64,000 bases of DNA from positions 62,001 through 126,000 of IMG/VR virus record IMGVR_UViG_3300043410_001892. One strand, given 5' to 3'. Positions within the stretch are counted from its first letter, which is position 1, and every line of letters begins with the position of its first letter. This document shows, one piece after another, positions 37,679-49,900 of the stretch. Both the position numbers and the translations under genes were made by a program. A model generated the notes under the pieces. That model was not told where the DNA came from. It ran no database searches and was given only the letters and a program-made list of their open reading frames with translations.

Positions 37679-40241
37679 GTGCTCCTCCTCGATAGCCTTT
37701 TGTTACCCATGTTACATTGCTGTTTCCGCATACTGCTGCTCCTCCGGTACCGCCCGGTCTTCCTCCACCATAATACACAGTTGTATTTTGAGCAGTACTT
37801 TGTCCGCCACCCTGGCCACCAGAACCGCCATATGTGCCTCCACCGCCACCACCTCCACCGCCGAGTCCGCCAGTAGAACAAAACCCACCAGATGATCCAC
37901 CAGAACCGCCAGTTTGCGTACAGCATATAGTATCAGTAGCATTAGTAGTACATGCTTTCCACCCTCTGCAGCCTCTTCCTCCTGGATTACATGATGATCC
38001 AATGCCTCGTCCAAATCCACCATTACCGCCATTGCCAGCGTAGTAATACGAATATGATGAGCACCAACCAGCTGCGGTACCGGCAGTACCTGCTGTTGAA
38101 CCAGCATAGTTACCGGATGTTTTATATGCTGCTCCATATGTTCCACCTGCTCCTCCTGGTATACCACCACCGCCTCCACCGCCACCACCGTGCCACGCGT
38201 CGCCACCACCACCACCGCCACCACCACCGCCAATTGTGCAGTTGTTTATTATACGCAATGGGATATTAGTCCATATTGCTGGGCCACCATTAAAACCAGC
38301 AACACCTGTGCTTGTTCCTTTACACCCTCTTCCGCCAGCACCGCCGCATCCCATTACTGTTCCATAATTAATAAATGTAAGTGATTTACGAGCAGGCATT
38401 GTGATTCCACAGAAACAGAACATAGGATTAATGTTTGATGAGCATAGTCTGCTACCAGAACCTATACAAACATTAACTGCTTTTATCCCGTCCCATCCAT
38501 AATTAGATAATGTAGAACTATTAAAGAGTATGTTACCTGAACATGAATAGTATGTTATGTTTAAAACAGTTGGTACTCCGGCAATTGTTGGTCCAGTTTC
38601 GTATGTTTGAAATGAAGAACCAGTAGCTGTACATGCAGTTAACGTGTAATAGTAGGTATTTCCGTTAGTTAATGGGCCCACACATACTGGAGATACTGTA
38701 GTAACTGTATTTTTAACAGTGTCTAAATATGTTCCACCGTTAGCTATATTTGCATTTGATTGCGAAGTATATGCACGAAGTGTATATGAGTTAATAACGC
38801 TATATGGGTCATATGGTACATTAAATAACAAGTATGTACATTGATTATTAGGTTCTACTATAATCGATGACGGTGCAGACGGGGCTGCACGAACAGTTAC
38901 CGCAGACGATGTTGCAGTACCTCCGGGGTTTGATGCTTTTAAATAAACAGTATTATCAAGTGCCGGTGTTAATCCGCTAATTGTAAAATTTGTAGACGAA
39001 AGCTGTGTACTAATATAGAAAAATACTAATGAACCAATAGATCCACTTGCAGTAGTCGTAATTGGAGGGCCGTTAAATGTTGCAGATAACTGAAATTGAT
39101 TAGAATATACTGATGTATTAACAATATAATATGTAGTTGGGTTAACATATCCAGTTATTGTTCCTGGACTCGTACCAGAAACCATTATAGTAGCACCTCG
39201 TTCATAAGAAACTGTAGTAGTTGTAGTAGTAAACCAACCATTTGTTACTGCGTTAATTGATACACTAGATAATATAGTCGCGTCATGACAATATGTAAAA
39301 GTATATCCACTTGTAGATCCACCATTTGTAGTAGTGATTGCTGCTCCGCCTTGTGTTGCTGATAATTGAAATGTAGTAGGATTAGAAGATCCTATTACAT
39401 AGTAAGTTTTAGGATTTGAGTATCCAGTAATAACTGCTGCACCGGTACCACTTATTATTACTCTACAACCAACTGAGATATTTGGATAATAAATATCGCC
39501 AGTACCGCCGCATGCAAAATTCCCAGTTGTGCTTGTAATAGTTACACTTGATAATGGAAAAATACCAATATTAATAGGTACAAGTGTGCTTCCAACCCAT
39601 GCAGTATAATACCCACCGGATCCTGTAAAATTAAGATATGCAGAATTTGATCGTATATTACCGGTTGAACTATATACTGGTGCATTAGGTATTGTCCATG
39701 CAATTAAAACATCTGATGATGTTGATCCAGACGAATTAGTTGCATATACATACATATTATATGAAGTATTTGCAACAGGTGATAGATTAGTTGAACTATT
39801 AATAGTAGTTCCAGTGTATGCTGGTGTAACACCGGTTATTAGCGTAGAATTATTATAAATTGAATAAGTTAATCCTGAAACATTTGTCCATGATATTATA
39901 AATGATGTTTGCGTTGAACTAGAATATGCCAATCCTGTTGGTGCAACAGGTGCAGTTAATACTGTATAGTTTGCCGAATCAGTATATGCTGTTCCTAAAA
40001 ATGCTCTAACTCTCATTACATATGATGTATTTCCAGTAAGTCCACTAATTGATGAACCGGTATTGCTAGTAGCTCCTACAACTTCAACACCTGCTTTATA
40101 AACCTTATAAGTTATGCCCGGAATTGATGCAGCATCCCATGTAAGAATAAATCCTGTACTTGTAATCGACGATGCAGCTATATTTGTCGGTGGAGGTGGT
40201 CCGCCGGCACTACCTACTAATATTAAGTTATTTCCACTCAT
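37671..40241 (-). CDS. Distal tail fibre / receptor-binding-like protein with FN3-like domains and Gly/Cys-rich C-terminus
   Basis: FN3-like units (PPTNIAAS..FILTWD..YKVY; APVAPTGL..FIISWT); two YY(V/I)...FQLSAT modules; poly-Gly end; start MSGNNL. Confidence 0.7.
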   Translation of the reverse strand: MSGNNLILVGSAGGPPPPTNIAASSITSTGFILTWDAASIPGITYKVYKAGVEVVGATSNTGSSISGLTGNTSYVMRVRAFLGTAYTDSANYTVLTAPVAPTGLAYSSSTQTSFIISWTNVSGLTYSIYNNSTLITGVTPAYTGTTINSSTNLSPVANTSYNMYVYATNSSGSTSSDVLIAWTIPNAPVYSSTGNIRSNSAYLNFTGSGGYYTAWVGSTLVPINIGIFPLSSVTITSTTGNFACGGTGDIYYPNISVGCRVIISGTGAAVITGYSNPKTYYVIGSSNPTTFQLSATQGGAAITTTNGGSTSGYTFTYCHDATILSSVSINAVTNGWFTTTTTTVSYERGATIMVSGTSPGTITGYVNPTTYYIVNTSVYSNQFQLSATFNGPPITTTASGSIGSLVFFYISTQLSSTNFTISGLTPALDNTVYLKASNPGGTATSSAVTVRAAPSAPSSIIVEPNNQCTYLLFNVPYDPYSVINSYTLRAYTSQSNANIANGGTYLDTVKNTVTTVSPVCVGPLTNGNTYYYTLTACTATGSSFQTYETGPTIAGVPTVLNITYYSCSGNILFNSSTLSNYGWDGIKAVNVCIGSGSRLCSSNINPMFCFCGITMPARKSLTFINYGTVMGCGGAGGRGCKGTSTGVAGFNGGPAIWTNIPLRIINNCTIGGGGGGGGGGDAWHGGGGGGGGGIPGGAGGTYGAAYKTSGNYAGSTAGTAGTAAGWCSSYSYYYAGNGGNGGFGRGIGSSCNPGGRGCRGWKACTTNATDTICCTQTGGSGGSSGGFCSTGGLGGGGGGGGGTYGGSGGQGGGQSTAQNTTVYYGGGRPGGTGGAAVCGNSNVTWVTKGYRGGALV

Positions 40242-40258
40242 ATTTTTAATTACCTTTT

Positions 40259-43200
40259 TTATGAAATTCCGGATCCGGAAATGACCCAAGAAGTAGAACC
40301 TATCTTAAGTAAAGTAGCAAGTCCGGATGCTCCTAATGTTCTTGTTTTTGTAGTATCTGAAGTTCCTGCCCAAAATAAATTATCAGTTGTTGTAATAGAT
40401 AATGCAGCTGATGTTACATCATTAACAATCGTAATTGCAGTTCCTATTGGAAATGCAACTGACGAGTTTGCAGGTATTGTATAAGTATGCCCAGTTGTTG
40501 CACTACTATGGAAAACATGTTTTCCAGAATCAGTTAATGCAAAACTGTATGATCCTACTTGTGCATTTTGAGGTACTTCTAAATAACCAACAGTAAATGT
40601 TCCAGCCGGTAATGTAGCATTTGTAGTAGCCGTTGATGTTAATGTTATCGAATTTGCACCAGCTGTTATTAATGAAGAACCATTTGCAATTGTTAGTGTA
40701 GTAGTTCCAGATGCTCCAGGATCTGTAATCACTAAGTTATTTACTTTAGTAAATGTACCAGTGCTTGCAGTAGTTGAACCAATTGGTGTATTTTGAATAC
40801 TTAAAGCTTCAAATCCAACATTACTAACCCATCTTCCTGATGTAGATGACCAAGTTAATGTTTTATCAGTAGCACCTTTTAATGTAATACCGCCACCATT
40901 TGCCGTTGCATCAGACGGAGTAGTAACTACACCTAATTCTATATTTTTATCATTAACTTGAATTGTAGTAGAACTAATAGTAGTTGTTGTTCCGGATACG
41001 GTTAAATTACCATTAATAGTTGTTGTTCCTGATGACGAACCAATTGATATAGTTGTCGCAGCACCAAATGCATTTATAGTTGTTGCTGTAGTATTAAACA
41101 CTGAAAATACAGTTGAATCTGTAACAACTGATGTTGTAAATGTTGGGCTTGTTGAAAGTACATTATTAGTTGAACCGGTTGATGTAGTAACACCTGTACC
41201 TCCATTAGCAACTGCTAATGTTCCAGTAACGCCAGTTGTTAATGGTAACCCGGTACAGCTTGTTAATGTACCTGATGTTGGTGTTCCTAATGCAGGTGTT
41301 ACTAATGTTGGACTTGTATTGAACACTAATAAACCAGAGCCAGTTTCATCTGAAATAACACCAGCTAATTCAGATGAAGTTGTTGCAGCAAATACTGATA
41401 ATTTGTTTGTTGTGTAAGTAACGGTACCACCGCCACCTAATGAAATTGTTGCTGAATCAGTTCCACTAAATGTAAGAGTATTGTTTATACCAAGTGTTTT
41501 TCCATCTACAATAGTAATTGTAGATCCTGTAGCTACTGCAGTAAATGCAATCTTATTAATTGAAGTTGCAGTTGCAGCACCAAGTACTGGAGTTGTTAGT
41601 GTAGGACTTGTTGATAACACGTTGTTACCAGAACCAGTTGATGTAGTAACACCTGTACCGCCATTAGCAACTGCTAATGTTCCGGTAACACCAGTTGTTA
41701 ATGGTAATCCAGTACAGCTTGTTAATGTACCTGATGTCGGTGTTCCTATTGCTGGTGTTACTAATGTAGGACTATTACTAAACACTAATGATCCAGTACC
41801 AGTTTCATCTGAAATAACACCAGCTAATTCAGATGAGCTTGTTGCAGCAAATACTGATAATTTGTTTGTTGTGTAAGTAACGGTTCCACCAAGTCCAAAT
41901 GACACTGCTGCAGCACCGGTAGCATCGTTTGAAGTTAATGTTATTGAATTACTAACTAACAGTGTTTTACCGTCTGCAATAGTTAATGTTGATCCAGTAG
42001 CCGGAGCAGTTATTGTAACTTTGTTAATTGCACCTGATGTTAATGAACCGTAAATTGTCGCTGACGTAGTGCTTGCAGTTCCAATAACTGTAGTGTTTGG
42101 TCCTGCTCCAATTGCATTTGCACCAATAACAATTGTATTACTGTCTGCCGGAGCAGCACTAGTTGTATTATAACCTATAAATGTGTTATTATTACCGCTA
42201 GTTACTGAATTTGATCCATTTGCATACCCTGCATACCATCCTACTGCAACGTTGCCGGCACCGTTTAATACATCGTGTAGTGCATAATGGCCTACTGCAG
42301 TATTGTTGCTAGAAGTTGATGTTTTAAGAGCATAATAACCAATTGCAATAGAACTTGATCCAATTAAGTTAGCCGATAATGCACTACTACCAATAGAAAT
42401 ATTATTACTTCCAGTAGTATTTGCAAGTAATGATTGATGACCAAATGCAACGTTATCTGAACCAGTTGTTGCTGCTTTAAGAGTCTGATATCCAGATGCG
42501 GTATTTCTTGCACCACTTGAAACTGCAGCAATTGACGATAAACTTTGATATCCAAATGCAGTATTTGTTGCTACTGAGTTAGCACCTAACCCAACTGTGA
42601 GTGTATGCAGAGATGCATCTGTTGTTGTTGTAATTGTGCTTGACCAAGTACCTGTTGTAATTGTACCAACTGAAACTAATGATGATAATGTTGTTACATC
42701 AGTATTAACTAATGTACCAGTAGTAGGCAATGTAACAGTAGTTGCACCAGTAGAAGTTAGTGTAATTGAATTTGCACCAGATGTTGCTAATGTTGATCCT
42801 TGTGCTAATGTTAATGTTGCACTTGTTGTTGGTTCAGTGATTGTAACTTTGTTTACTGATGTTGCAATTAATCCACCAATTTTTAAACTATCATATGTAG
42901 CTGAAGTAAAATCAACTACATTTGATGCAGGAGCAGTAGGTACTCCGCTGAATATTTTCCACACAGAATCACTTGCGTCTCTAATAACCCCTGTATAATA
43001 CTGTGTTGAATTTTGTCTATAAGTTGAAACGATACCAATATCAACTAGATCTTGTAAATTAGTGTAACCGGAAAATACGTACGAATTAGAAATTCCTTTA
43101 TTTAATGTTACAGTATTTTTAATTGTAGTTGCACCGGTGCTTGCACCAATATTAACTACAGTACCTGCACCTGCAAAGTTTACAGTAGTGGCAGTTGTAT

Positions 43201-43954
43201 TAAGTAAATCAAAACTAGTAGATGCAGTAGTTACTGAAATTGCTATATTTGGACTTGTTGTAGTTAGTGTATTAGCAACAGTTGTGGTACCAGTGCTTGC
43301 ACCAATACTAACCAAAGTACCTGCACCTGCAAAGTTTACAGTAGTGGCAGTTGTATTAAGTAAGTTAAAACTGGTAGATCCAGTAGTTATTGAAGTTGCT
43401 ATATTTGGACTTGTTGTAGTTAGTGTATTAGCAACAGTTGTGGTACCAGTGCTTGCACCAATACTAACCAAAGTACCTGCACCTGCAAAGTTTACAGTAG
43501 TGGCAGTTGTATTAAGTAAATCAAAACTAGTAGATGCAGTAGTTATTGAAGTTGAAATACTTGGGCTAATACTGAATACAGCTTTTGCACCAGTAGAATA
43601 ACCAGTTTCGTCTGTTAAGTTACCAGCTAAATCTGCAGAACTGCTTGATGATAATGCAGTTAAATTATCGGATCTATAAACACCATTTGTAACAGTTGCG
43701 GCATTTCCGCCAATATTTAAATTAGCAACAGCAGTAGTTGATAAAACAGTGAACGGTGCTGTGCCGGTTGCAACAGTTGAAACAAATTGTGTTCCTGTAA
43801 CTGTGCTACTTGAATATATTTTTTTACTAACACCGATACCACCAGTAACTATTAAAGCTCCAGTAGAAGACGATGTTGAGTCGGTTGATAACTTCAAACT
43901 TACAAGTTCGTTAACTGTTAAACCGTTTTGTACAATAAAATCGACTGCTGCCAT
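40259..43954 (-). CDS. Thr/Ser/Gly-rich long tail fibre protein
   Basis: Internal repeats, 14-residue N-x-A-x-G-Y-x-A-L head repeats, and C-terminal VPQN..SY.FALTDSGKH..YTIPANSSVAFPIGTAITIVN domain. Confidence 0.8.
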   Translation of the reverse strand: MAAVDFIVQNGLTVNELVSLKLSTDSTSSSTGALIVTGGIGVSKKIYSSSTVTGTQFVSTVATGTAPFTVLSTTAVANLNIGGNAATVTNGVYRSDNLTALSSSSSADLAGNLTDETGYSTGAKAVFSISPSISTSITTASTSFDLLNTTATTVNFAGAGTLVSIGASTGTTTVANTLTTTSPNIATSITTGSTSFNLLNTTATTVNFAGAGTLVSIGASTGTTTVANTLTTTSPNIAISVTTASTSFDLLNTTATTVNFAGAGTVVNIGASTGATTIKNTVTLNKGISNSYVFSGYTNLQDLVDIGIVSTYRQNSTQYYTGVIRDASDSVWKIFSGVPTAPASNVVDFTSATYDSLKIGGLIATSVNKVTITEPTTSATLTLAQGSTLATSGANSITLTSTGATTVTLPTTGTLVNTDVTTLSSLVSVGTITTGTWSSTITTTTDASLHTLTVGLGANSVATNTAFGYQSLSSIAAVSSGARNTASGYQTLKAATTGSDNVAFGHQSLLANTTGSNNISIGSSALSANLIGSSSIAIGYYALKTSTSSNNTAVGHYALHDVLNGAGNVAVGWYAGYANGSNSVTSGNNNTFIGYNTTSAAPADSNTIVIGANAIGAGPNTTVIGTASTTSATIYGSLTSGAINKVTITAPATGSTLTIADGKTLLVSNSITLTSNDATGAAAVSFGLGGTVTYTTNKLSVFAATSSSELAGVISDETGTGSLVFSNSPTLVTPAIGTPTSGTLTSCTGLPLTTGVTGTLAVANGGTGVTTSTGSGNNVLSTSPTLTTPVLGAATATSINKIAFTAVATGSTITIVDGKTLGINNTLTFSGTDSATISLGGGGTVTYTTNKLSVFAATTSSELAGVISDETGSGLLVFNTSPTLVTPALGTPTSGTLTSCTGLPLTTGVTGTLAVANGGTGVTTSTGSTNNVLSTSPTFTTSVVTDSTVFSVFNTTATTINAFGAATTISIGSSSGTTTINGNLTVSGTTTTISSTTIQVNDKNIELGVVTTPSDATANGGGITLKGATDKTLTWSSTSGRWVSNVGFEALSIQNTPIGSTTASTGTFTKVNNLVITDPGASGTTTLTIANGSSLITAGANSITLTSTATTNATLPAGTFTVGYLEVPQNAQVGSYSFALTDSGKHVFHSSATTGHTYTIPANSSVAFPIGTAITIVNDVTSAALSITTTDNLFWAGTSDTTKTRTLGASGLATLLKIGSTSWVISGSGIS
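41178..41890 (-). repeat. Two copies of an about 250-bp fibre module, 459 bp apart
   Basis: TYTTNKLSVFAATxSSELAGVISDETG...GTPTSGTLTSCTGLPLTTGVTGTLAVANGGTGVTTSTGS occurs twice. Confidence 0.85.
43135..43570 (-). repeat. About three tandem 156-bp (52-aa) coding repeats
   Basis: Anchor GTACCTGCACCTGCAAAG at 43161, 43317 and 43473. Confidence 0.9.
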
Positions 43955-43967
43955 TCTAAATTTCCTT

Positions 43968-46900
43968 TTATATAATTGTTAAACTACTTATTACGCGAAC
44001 TGAAATTGTATCAGTAGCTGCTGCAGCTTGGGCAAGAATTCTTACATTTCCGCTATTAATATCACAGGTAAATGTTGCTAACATAGCACCACCTGATACT
44101 GTTGATATATCACCATATTCTACCATATATGCATTTGTTCCATTATGCAATACAAGTATTTCTGCAACTTGATATGTATTCAAATTTGATCCAGAACTTG
44201 CTGTACAATTAGCTTGTACTATGAACTTAGCACTTCTATATGTTGTCGCTGAAAATGATTTAATAGTAGTAGGAGTAGTTGTAATTCCAGTTACAACTGT
44301 ACCTTGTACTTCCAGATCAGTTTTAATTACTACTGAATTTACAAAAGTAGCAAGGCCATTCCCGTCAATTGTTAATCTTGTAGTAGCACTTTGTGTAATA
44401 TCACCTGATGTTCCAGGAGCTCCTGTTTTAATTATAAAGTTACCAGTGGTACCTGTTCCTGTTGCTAAACCTGGAGTAATTGTAAAATCACTTGCGGAAA
44501 TATTAGTTCCAACTGCATTTTCACCTTTAAGGGTTGCAGCAACTGGTGTTGCACTTGCTTCGCTACTACCTAATGTAACCGTTTTATTTCTTAATAATAA
44601 TGTATTGATTTTTTCAATAGTTCCAACACGCGGTGACGATGACAATGTAATTATTGTTGCTATTTTAACAGTAAATGACGATGATGAACTACCTGCACTT
44701 GTCACAGGCCATGTTCCGTCTAAGTTAGCAATGCCTGATGAAGCTATTGTTACTTGATCACCTGCTTTAATACCTAAACTTGTATTGGTATGTGCAAAAA
44801 CAACGGTTGTTAATGAAGTAAGATCAGTTGAAATTGCGTTGCTAAGATACACCGATGTTGCATCAATACCTGTTACAAGTGTATTTGATGGTATACCTGC
44901 TGCAGATTGAACTAATTGTCCAATTACAATTCCAGTTGTACCTGAAAATGTTAATTTTGTACTTGAGCTTGTGGCTGCTGTGAATAGAGCAAATCCAGTT
45001 CCGCCTGTATATACAGTACCAACACCTGCGACCGTGCTTAATGTAGTACCAGTATTTGCATACGTAAATGTTGTTGTATTAACTACCGTTACTACTGATA
45101 AATTTAATCCATTAAATGTTGTATTGTTACATACAATCGTAACAGTATCACCAGAAGTTAATCCATGTGCAGTTGAAGTAACAATAGTTGCAATATTGCT
45201 GCCATTTCTTGCAACAGTTGAAATTACTAATGCTGATGATATAACTGCACTAATTGAAGTTGTAGCACTACCTGATGTGGTATAATTCTTAACGATTGTA
45301 GTAAATGATCTAGTATTTGAACTTGCACCAATTACTACACTGCTTGCAGATCCACCTACATTTATTGATAATGCATTAGTGTTGAATACATTTGCAGTAC
45401 CTGTGGAAACAGTTTGTATTTCTCCAGAATTAGTTTTAACTATAGTTGCTAATGTTAATGAATCTGCCCAGTATGGCAATGAACCATTACTGCTTAAAAT
45501 TGTATTTGCTGGGCCAATTGCTAATTTACTAAGTGAAGATGCATTATTAGCATAGAGTAAATCGCCTGCTGTATAACCAGTTAAACCAGTACCACCTTTA
45601 TCTACTGGTATTGAACCAGTAAAGTTAGCTGGATCTAAGAAGTATGATGAATCATAAGTATCAAGTGTACCTGCATCAACAACACCGGCTTTAATAAACA
45701 CACGCCCAGCGGTATTTCCAGTACCAACATCAAATTGCAAGACGTTAAATTGTGCTACACCCATAGTTGAATAATCACTATTATCAGTTGGGAAAGTTGC
45801 TTTTGCAATATCCATTGTAACTGCACCGTAGTACGGTGATACACCAGTTCCGCCAAGTGTTATTATAGATGTGTTAGATTTTAAACTGGCAACAGCAGTT
45901 GCCCAAGATGAATCACCTCGTAAATATGTACTTGAATTTGCAGTTCCAGAACTTGCTAATCGACTAGTTGAAATTGTTCCAGAAACGATGTTACTTGCAT
46001 CAACACCTGATGTAGTTAAAAGTCCCCAGTTTGATAAATTTTTACCACTAGTATTTGAGAACCCAATTATTTGTACTTGATCATGAATTAACCAATAAGT
46101 GTTTGAACCGGTTGAACTAAAATCAACTGCTGCAATAGTAGAACCTGATACACTTACTAACGAATCTGCTCTATAAAAATGTAAAGTAAATGAATTAGTA
46201 GTAACTGATCCAATAAAGAATGTTTGTCTATCAGTTATTTGTATAATAGATCCAGATAACAAATAAGACGGTAACGTTGATCCTGTAATCGTTACAGCAT
46301 CACCTGTTGCTAATCCATGACTTGCAACATATATTCTGTTGTTAGTGGTATTAACTGTACTAATTGTTAAAGTGTGGCTACCTGTTGAACTTGTACCTAA
46401 TGTTACATACGTAGCACCATTGTATTCAGTTGATAATCTAAATGTATTAGCCGATAGCACTATAATATAATACGGTGTAACAATAGATAAATTACCAATT
46501 GCAGGATTTACACCTGGGCTATATATAACTGGGTCACCATTTGATAATCCATGTGAGTTAATTGTGATTATATTATTAACATAATCAACTGCTGATGCAG
46601 CATTAAATGTTTTTGTTATAGTAGTACTAACAGTTATTGGTAACCAAGAACTATTGTTATCAGTAACAAAATCTGGTGAATTTGAAGATCCAGTAAACTG
46701 CCCACCTGTCATATTATTGATATACAGTCTAGTTTCAACTGTTGATACTGTTATACTAAATCCAGAACCAACCGGTAATGATGCTGATAATGTATTGCCA
46801 ATTCCGTAACCTGTACCTGCATATACTAAATCAACTGCGGTAACTGCTCCACCTGTTACTGTAATATTTGCTAATGCGCCAGACCCTGCACCGCCTGTAA

Positions 46901-49900
46901 GTGCAACACGAGAGTAAGATCCATTAGTGTATAATGATCCACCTGATATTGTTAGATTGTTTACAACAACTACCATTCCTCTGCGCACTTCATATACTTC
47001 GCCTTGTGCTTGAGAACTTGCTGCAGTGATTACAGAATTTACAGTTCCAGTTTCAGATACTGGGGTAATAAATGTTAATGCTGCCGTGCTTGTTGATGTC
47101 ACTGACGATGTTGTTGGAAAAGTAACAGTAAAGGTACGTGGACTTGCAGACATGTTAACTGCAGAAATAATAGATCCAAGAGGTAACCCGCCACCAAACA
47201 CATAATCATTTACATTTATAGTTCCGGATAATGCAGCACTTGCTACTGTTCCAGTTGTAGTTGATGCATTTGATGCTGCATTGATAGTTGCTGTAGCAGT
47301 AGTAGTTGCTGATGCAGTAGTTGCAGTATCAGTATTTGGATAACTAAACTTCGTTGTTGTTAAAACAGTAACATACGGTGAAGTGTTATACGATGTCAAC
47401 GTGGTTGCAGTAACCTTAACTTGATTATTTGTAACTAAATTATGAGCTGCAGTTGTGATCACATAAGCAATATTGTTATATCGTATTACTGAGCTGATAG
47501 TTGCATTTGTATAGGTGTACGTACCGTTGTATGGAATTACTAAGTATTGATTAGTTGATGAATCTCTTAATACGTTTGTATCATTTGCTTCAACTGCGGC
47601 GCTAACTGCAGAACAATAAACTGAAGTATTTGTTGTGCTTGGTGTTGCATCTCCGCCAATTGTTAGTATATGTGCGCTGTTAGTATCAAATGATACGCTA
47701 AAAGTTTCATATTGACTTGCAATTACTACAGTTGTACTGTTCGTAACATCACCTTTAATGTAACCAGTTGCTCCACTTGTATCTTGTGTAACTAATGCAA
47801 AATCTAAAGCAGTAATTGGTAGGCTTAACGTAATAGTAACTGTTTGGAATTTTTCAGTACAAGTGTCGCCTGCTATAAAACTAACAGACGGAACATCTTC
47901 GTATGCAGTTAACCGTGAATGATAACCTAATCTAATAAGTGCAGTTGGTGCTCGTTGTGCCGGAATCAAATCATTATTAATTTGTCCAGCCGAGTTAAGT
48001 TGAACAACTGCACCTGGTACTGCGTTTGTGCTAACTGATTTATCAATAAATGATCCTAATCGAGTTTTAAGATAAGTCCACATAGCAAGCTGTGTGCTTA
48101 ATTTATTATTAGCTGGTCCACTGATTTCGTTTTCACCTAATCCAATATCGCTGCTAATTGCATCAATTGAAATATCACTTAATGCTAATTTTAATACATT
48201 TAACTGGCTAACTGTAACTGTATTTTTAAATACGATATTACCTGTTCTGTTGTAAGCAGTAATAAAGTTACCAACTTGGAAGTCACCTAATTCGTTAGTT
48301 CCTGATGAGTAAACTCGTCCTGCGTTCTCTTCAAATTGTTGGAAAGCAGGGTAACCTTGTCCACCGTTAACTGGTAATGCATTATAGTCAATACCAGAAC
48401 CTGCATATTCCCATGTATGACCTGATGAGTTAACAATACTTGGTCTATGGAAATAAACTTTCTTACCTGGTAATGAGTTAATATTGTTTAATGATCCATC
48501 TAACAATGATGGCATTACTGTAAATGTTGCACCATATAAGTCACTTCTTAATGTTACAGAAGTAACACTAATTGCTGGACTAAACACATCTGAACCAGCT
48601 TTAGTTATAGTTGATCCAGCTGCAAATAATTTTCTAATTGGATTGTTATAAATGGTAACAACATTGATTGCAACTACTAATGTATTTTCTCCATCAAAGC
48701 TATAAACGTTTGCACTATTTGGTTGTCCAGTTGTTACACCTTCAAGTTTTTGTCCAGGAACAAATGTATAGGTATTGTTATTAAGAACAATAGTTTGGAA
48801 TACATGATGTGTTTCTATTACATCATCAACAAATAATTCGTAGTCGTTTTTAACGATTGAATGTAAACCGGTACTAGTGCGTGTAACATTAAGTAATAAT
48901 GATAAACTATTATCATGTGCCAATTTAAATTGTGTAGTGTTCAAAAATACTACATAGTATTGGCTACCTGTAAACATACCACCAAGCGGTACTTGATTAT
49001 TTGTATTGTAAACAACCGCATCACCATTTACAAATCCATGTGGACTGCTTGTTGTGAAGATATCATTTACTATATCAATTTCAGTTGCAGCATTAAATGT
49101 CACTTCTAAGTAACTTGGTGATCTTGTTTTATAATTTGAAGTAAGATCAAGTGGTCCAAATTGTGTAGAAATATAATCAGTTACAAATGTTTTGATTGCA
49201 TCTTTATTAGTTTGTAAAATTGTACTTTGAACTACTAAATTCGTATCTTCAACCCAACCTACACCTGGTTCAAATACTGATGGTTCAGTCCCAGTGCTAA
49301 CCATTATGCGTAACTCTTCAAGTCTTGCAACAACAAATGCAGTTGCATCTACTGACCCTGGATTACCACTAATGTATTGCCCATTACCAGCTCCGTATCT
49401 TAGTGCAACATAGTTAGATATTTCAGTTTGACTTGCACCTTTATTAGAAACTAAGTTGCTGTTTTGAGTAGTTAAGTTTGAACTAACCCATGATGTACTT
49501 GGAGAAATAACAGTTGGTTCAACACCTGTACTAACCATTACACGCAATTCTTCTAAACGAGCAACTGCAAACGTAACTGCATCTGATGAAGCAGCAGTTC
49601 CACTAATTACTTGTGTTGCACTACCAGTAACTGAAGTTATATAAGTTGTAACTGCAGTTTGACTTGTTGATTTATTTGTAACTAGTGTACTATTTTGAGT
49701 AGTTAAGTTTGAACTAACCCAAGTAGTGCTAGGCGAAATAACACTTGGTTCAGTTCCGGCACTAACCATTACACGTAATTCTTCTAAACGAGCTACTGTA
49801 AAAGTAACTGCATCAGTAGAACCTGCATTTCCGCTTACTACTTGAGTTGTTACATTTCCAGTTGATTTAGTCCAAGATGTATTATTAGTTAGAATGCTTC

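Noticed and set aside
37564-38384. Cluster of alternative-frame ORFs, including poly-Pro and Arg/Trp-rich ones
   Set aside because: By-products of the GC-rich poly-Gly tract of the fibre tip.
43135-43570. Regular direct repeats resembling a CRISPR array or a DGR template/variable pair
   Set aside because: The units are contiguous in-frame coding repeats without unique spacers. Mismatches are not adenine-specific, and no cas or reverse transcriptase gene is present in the window.
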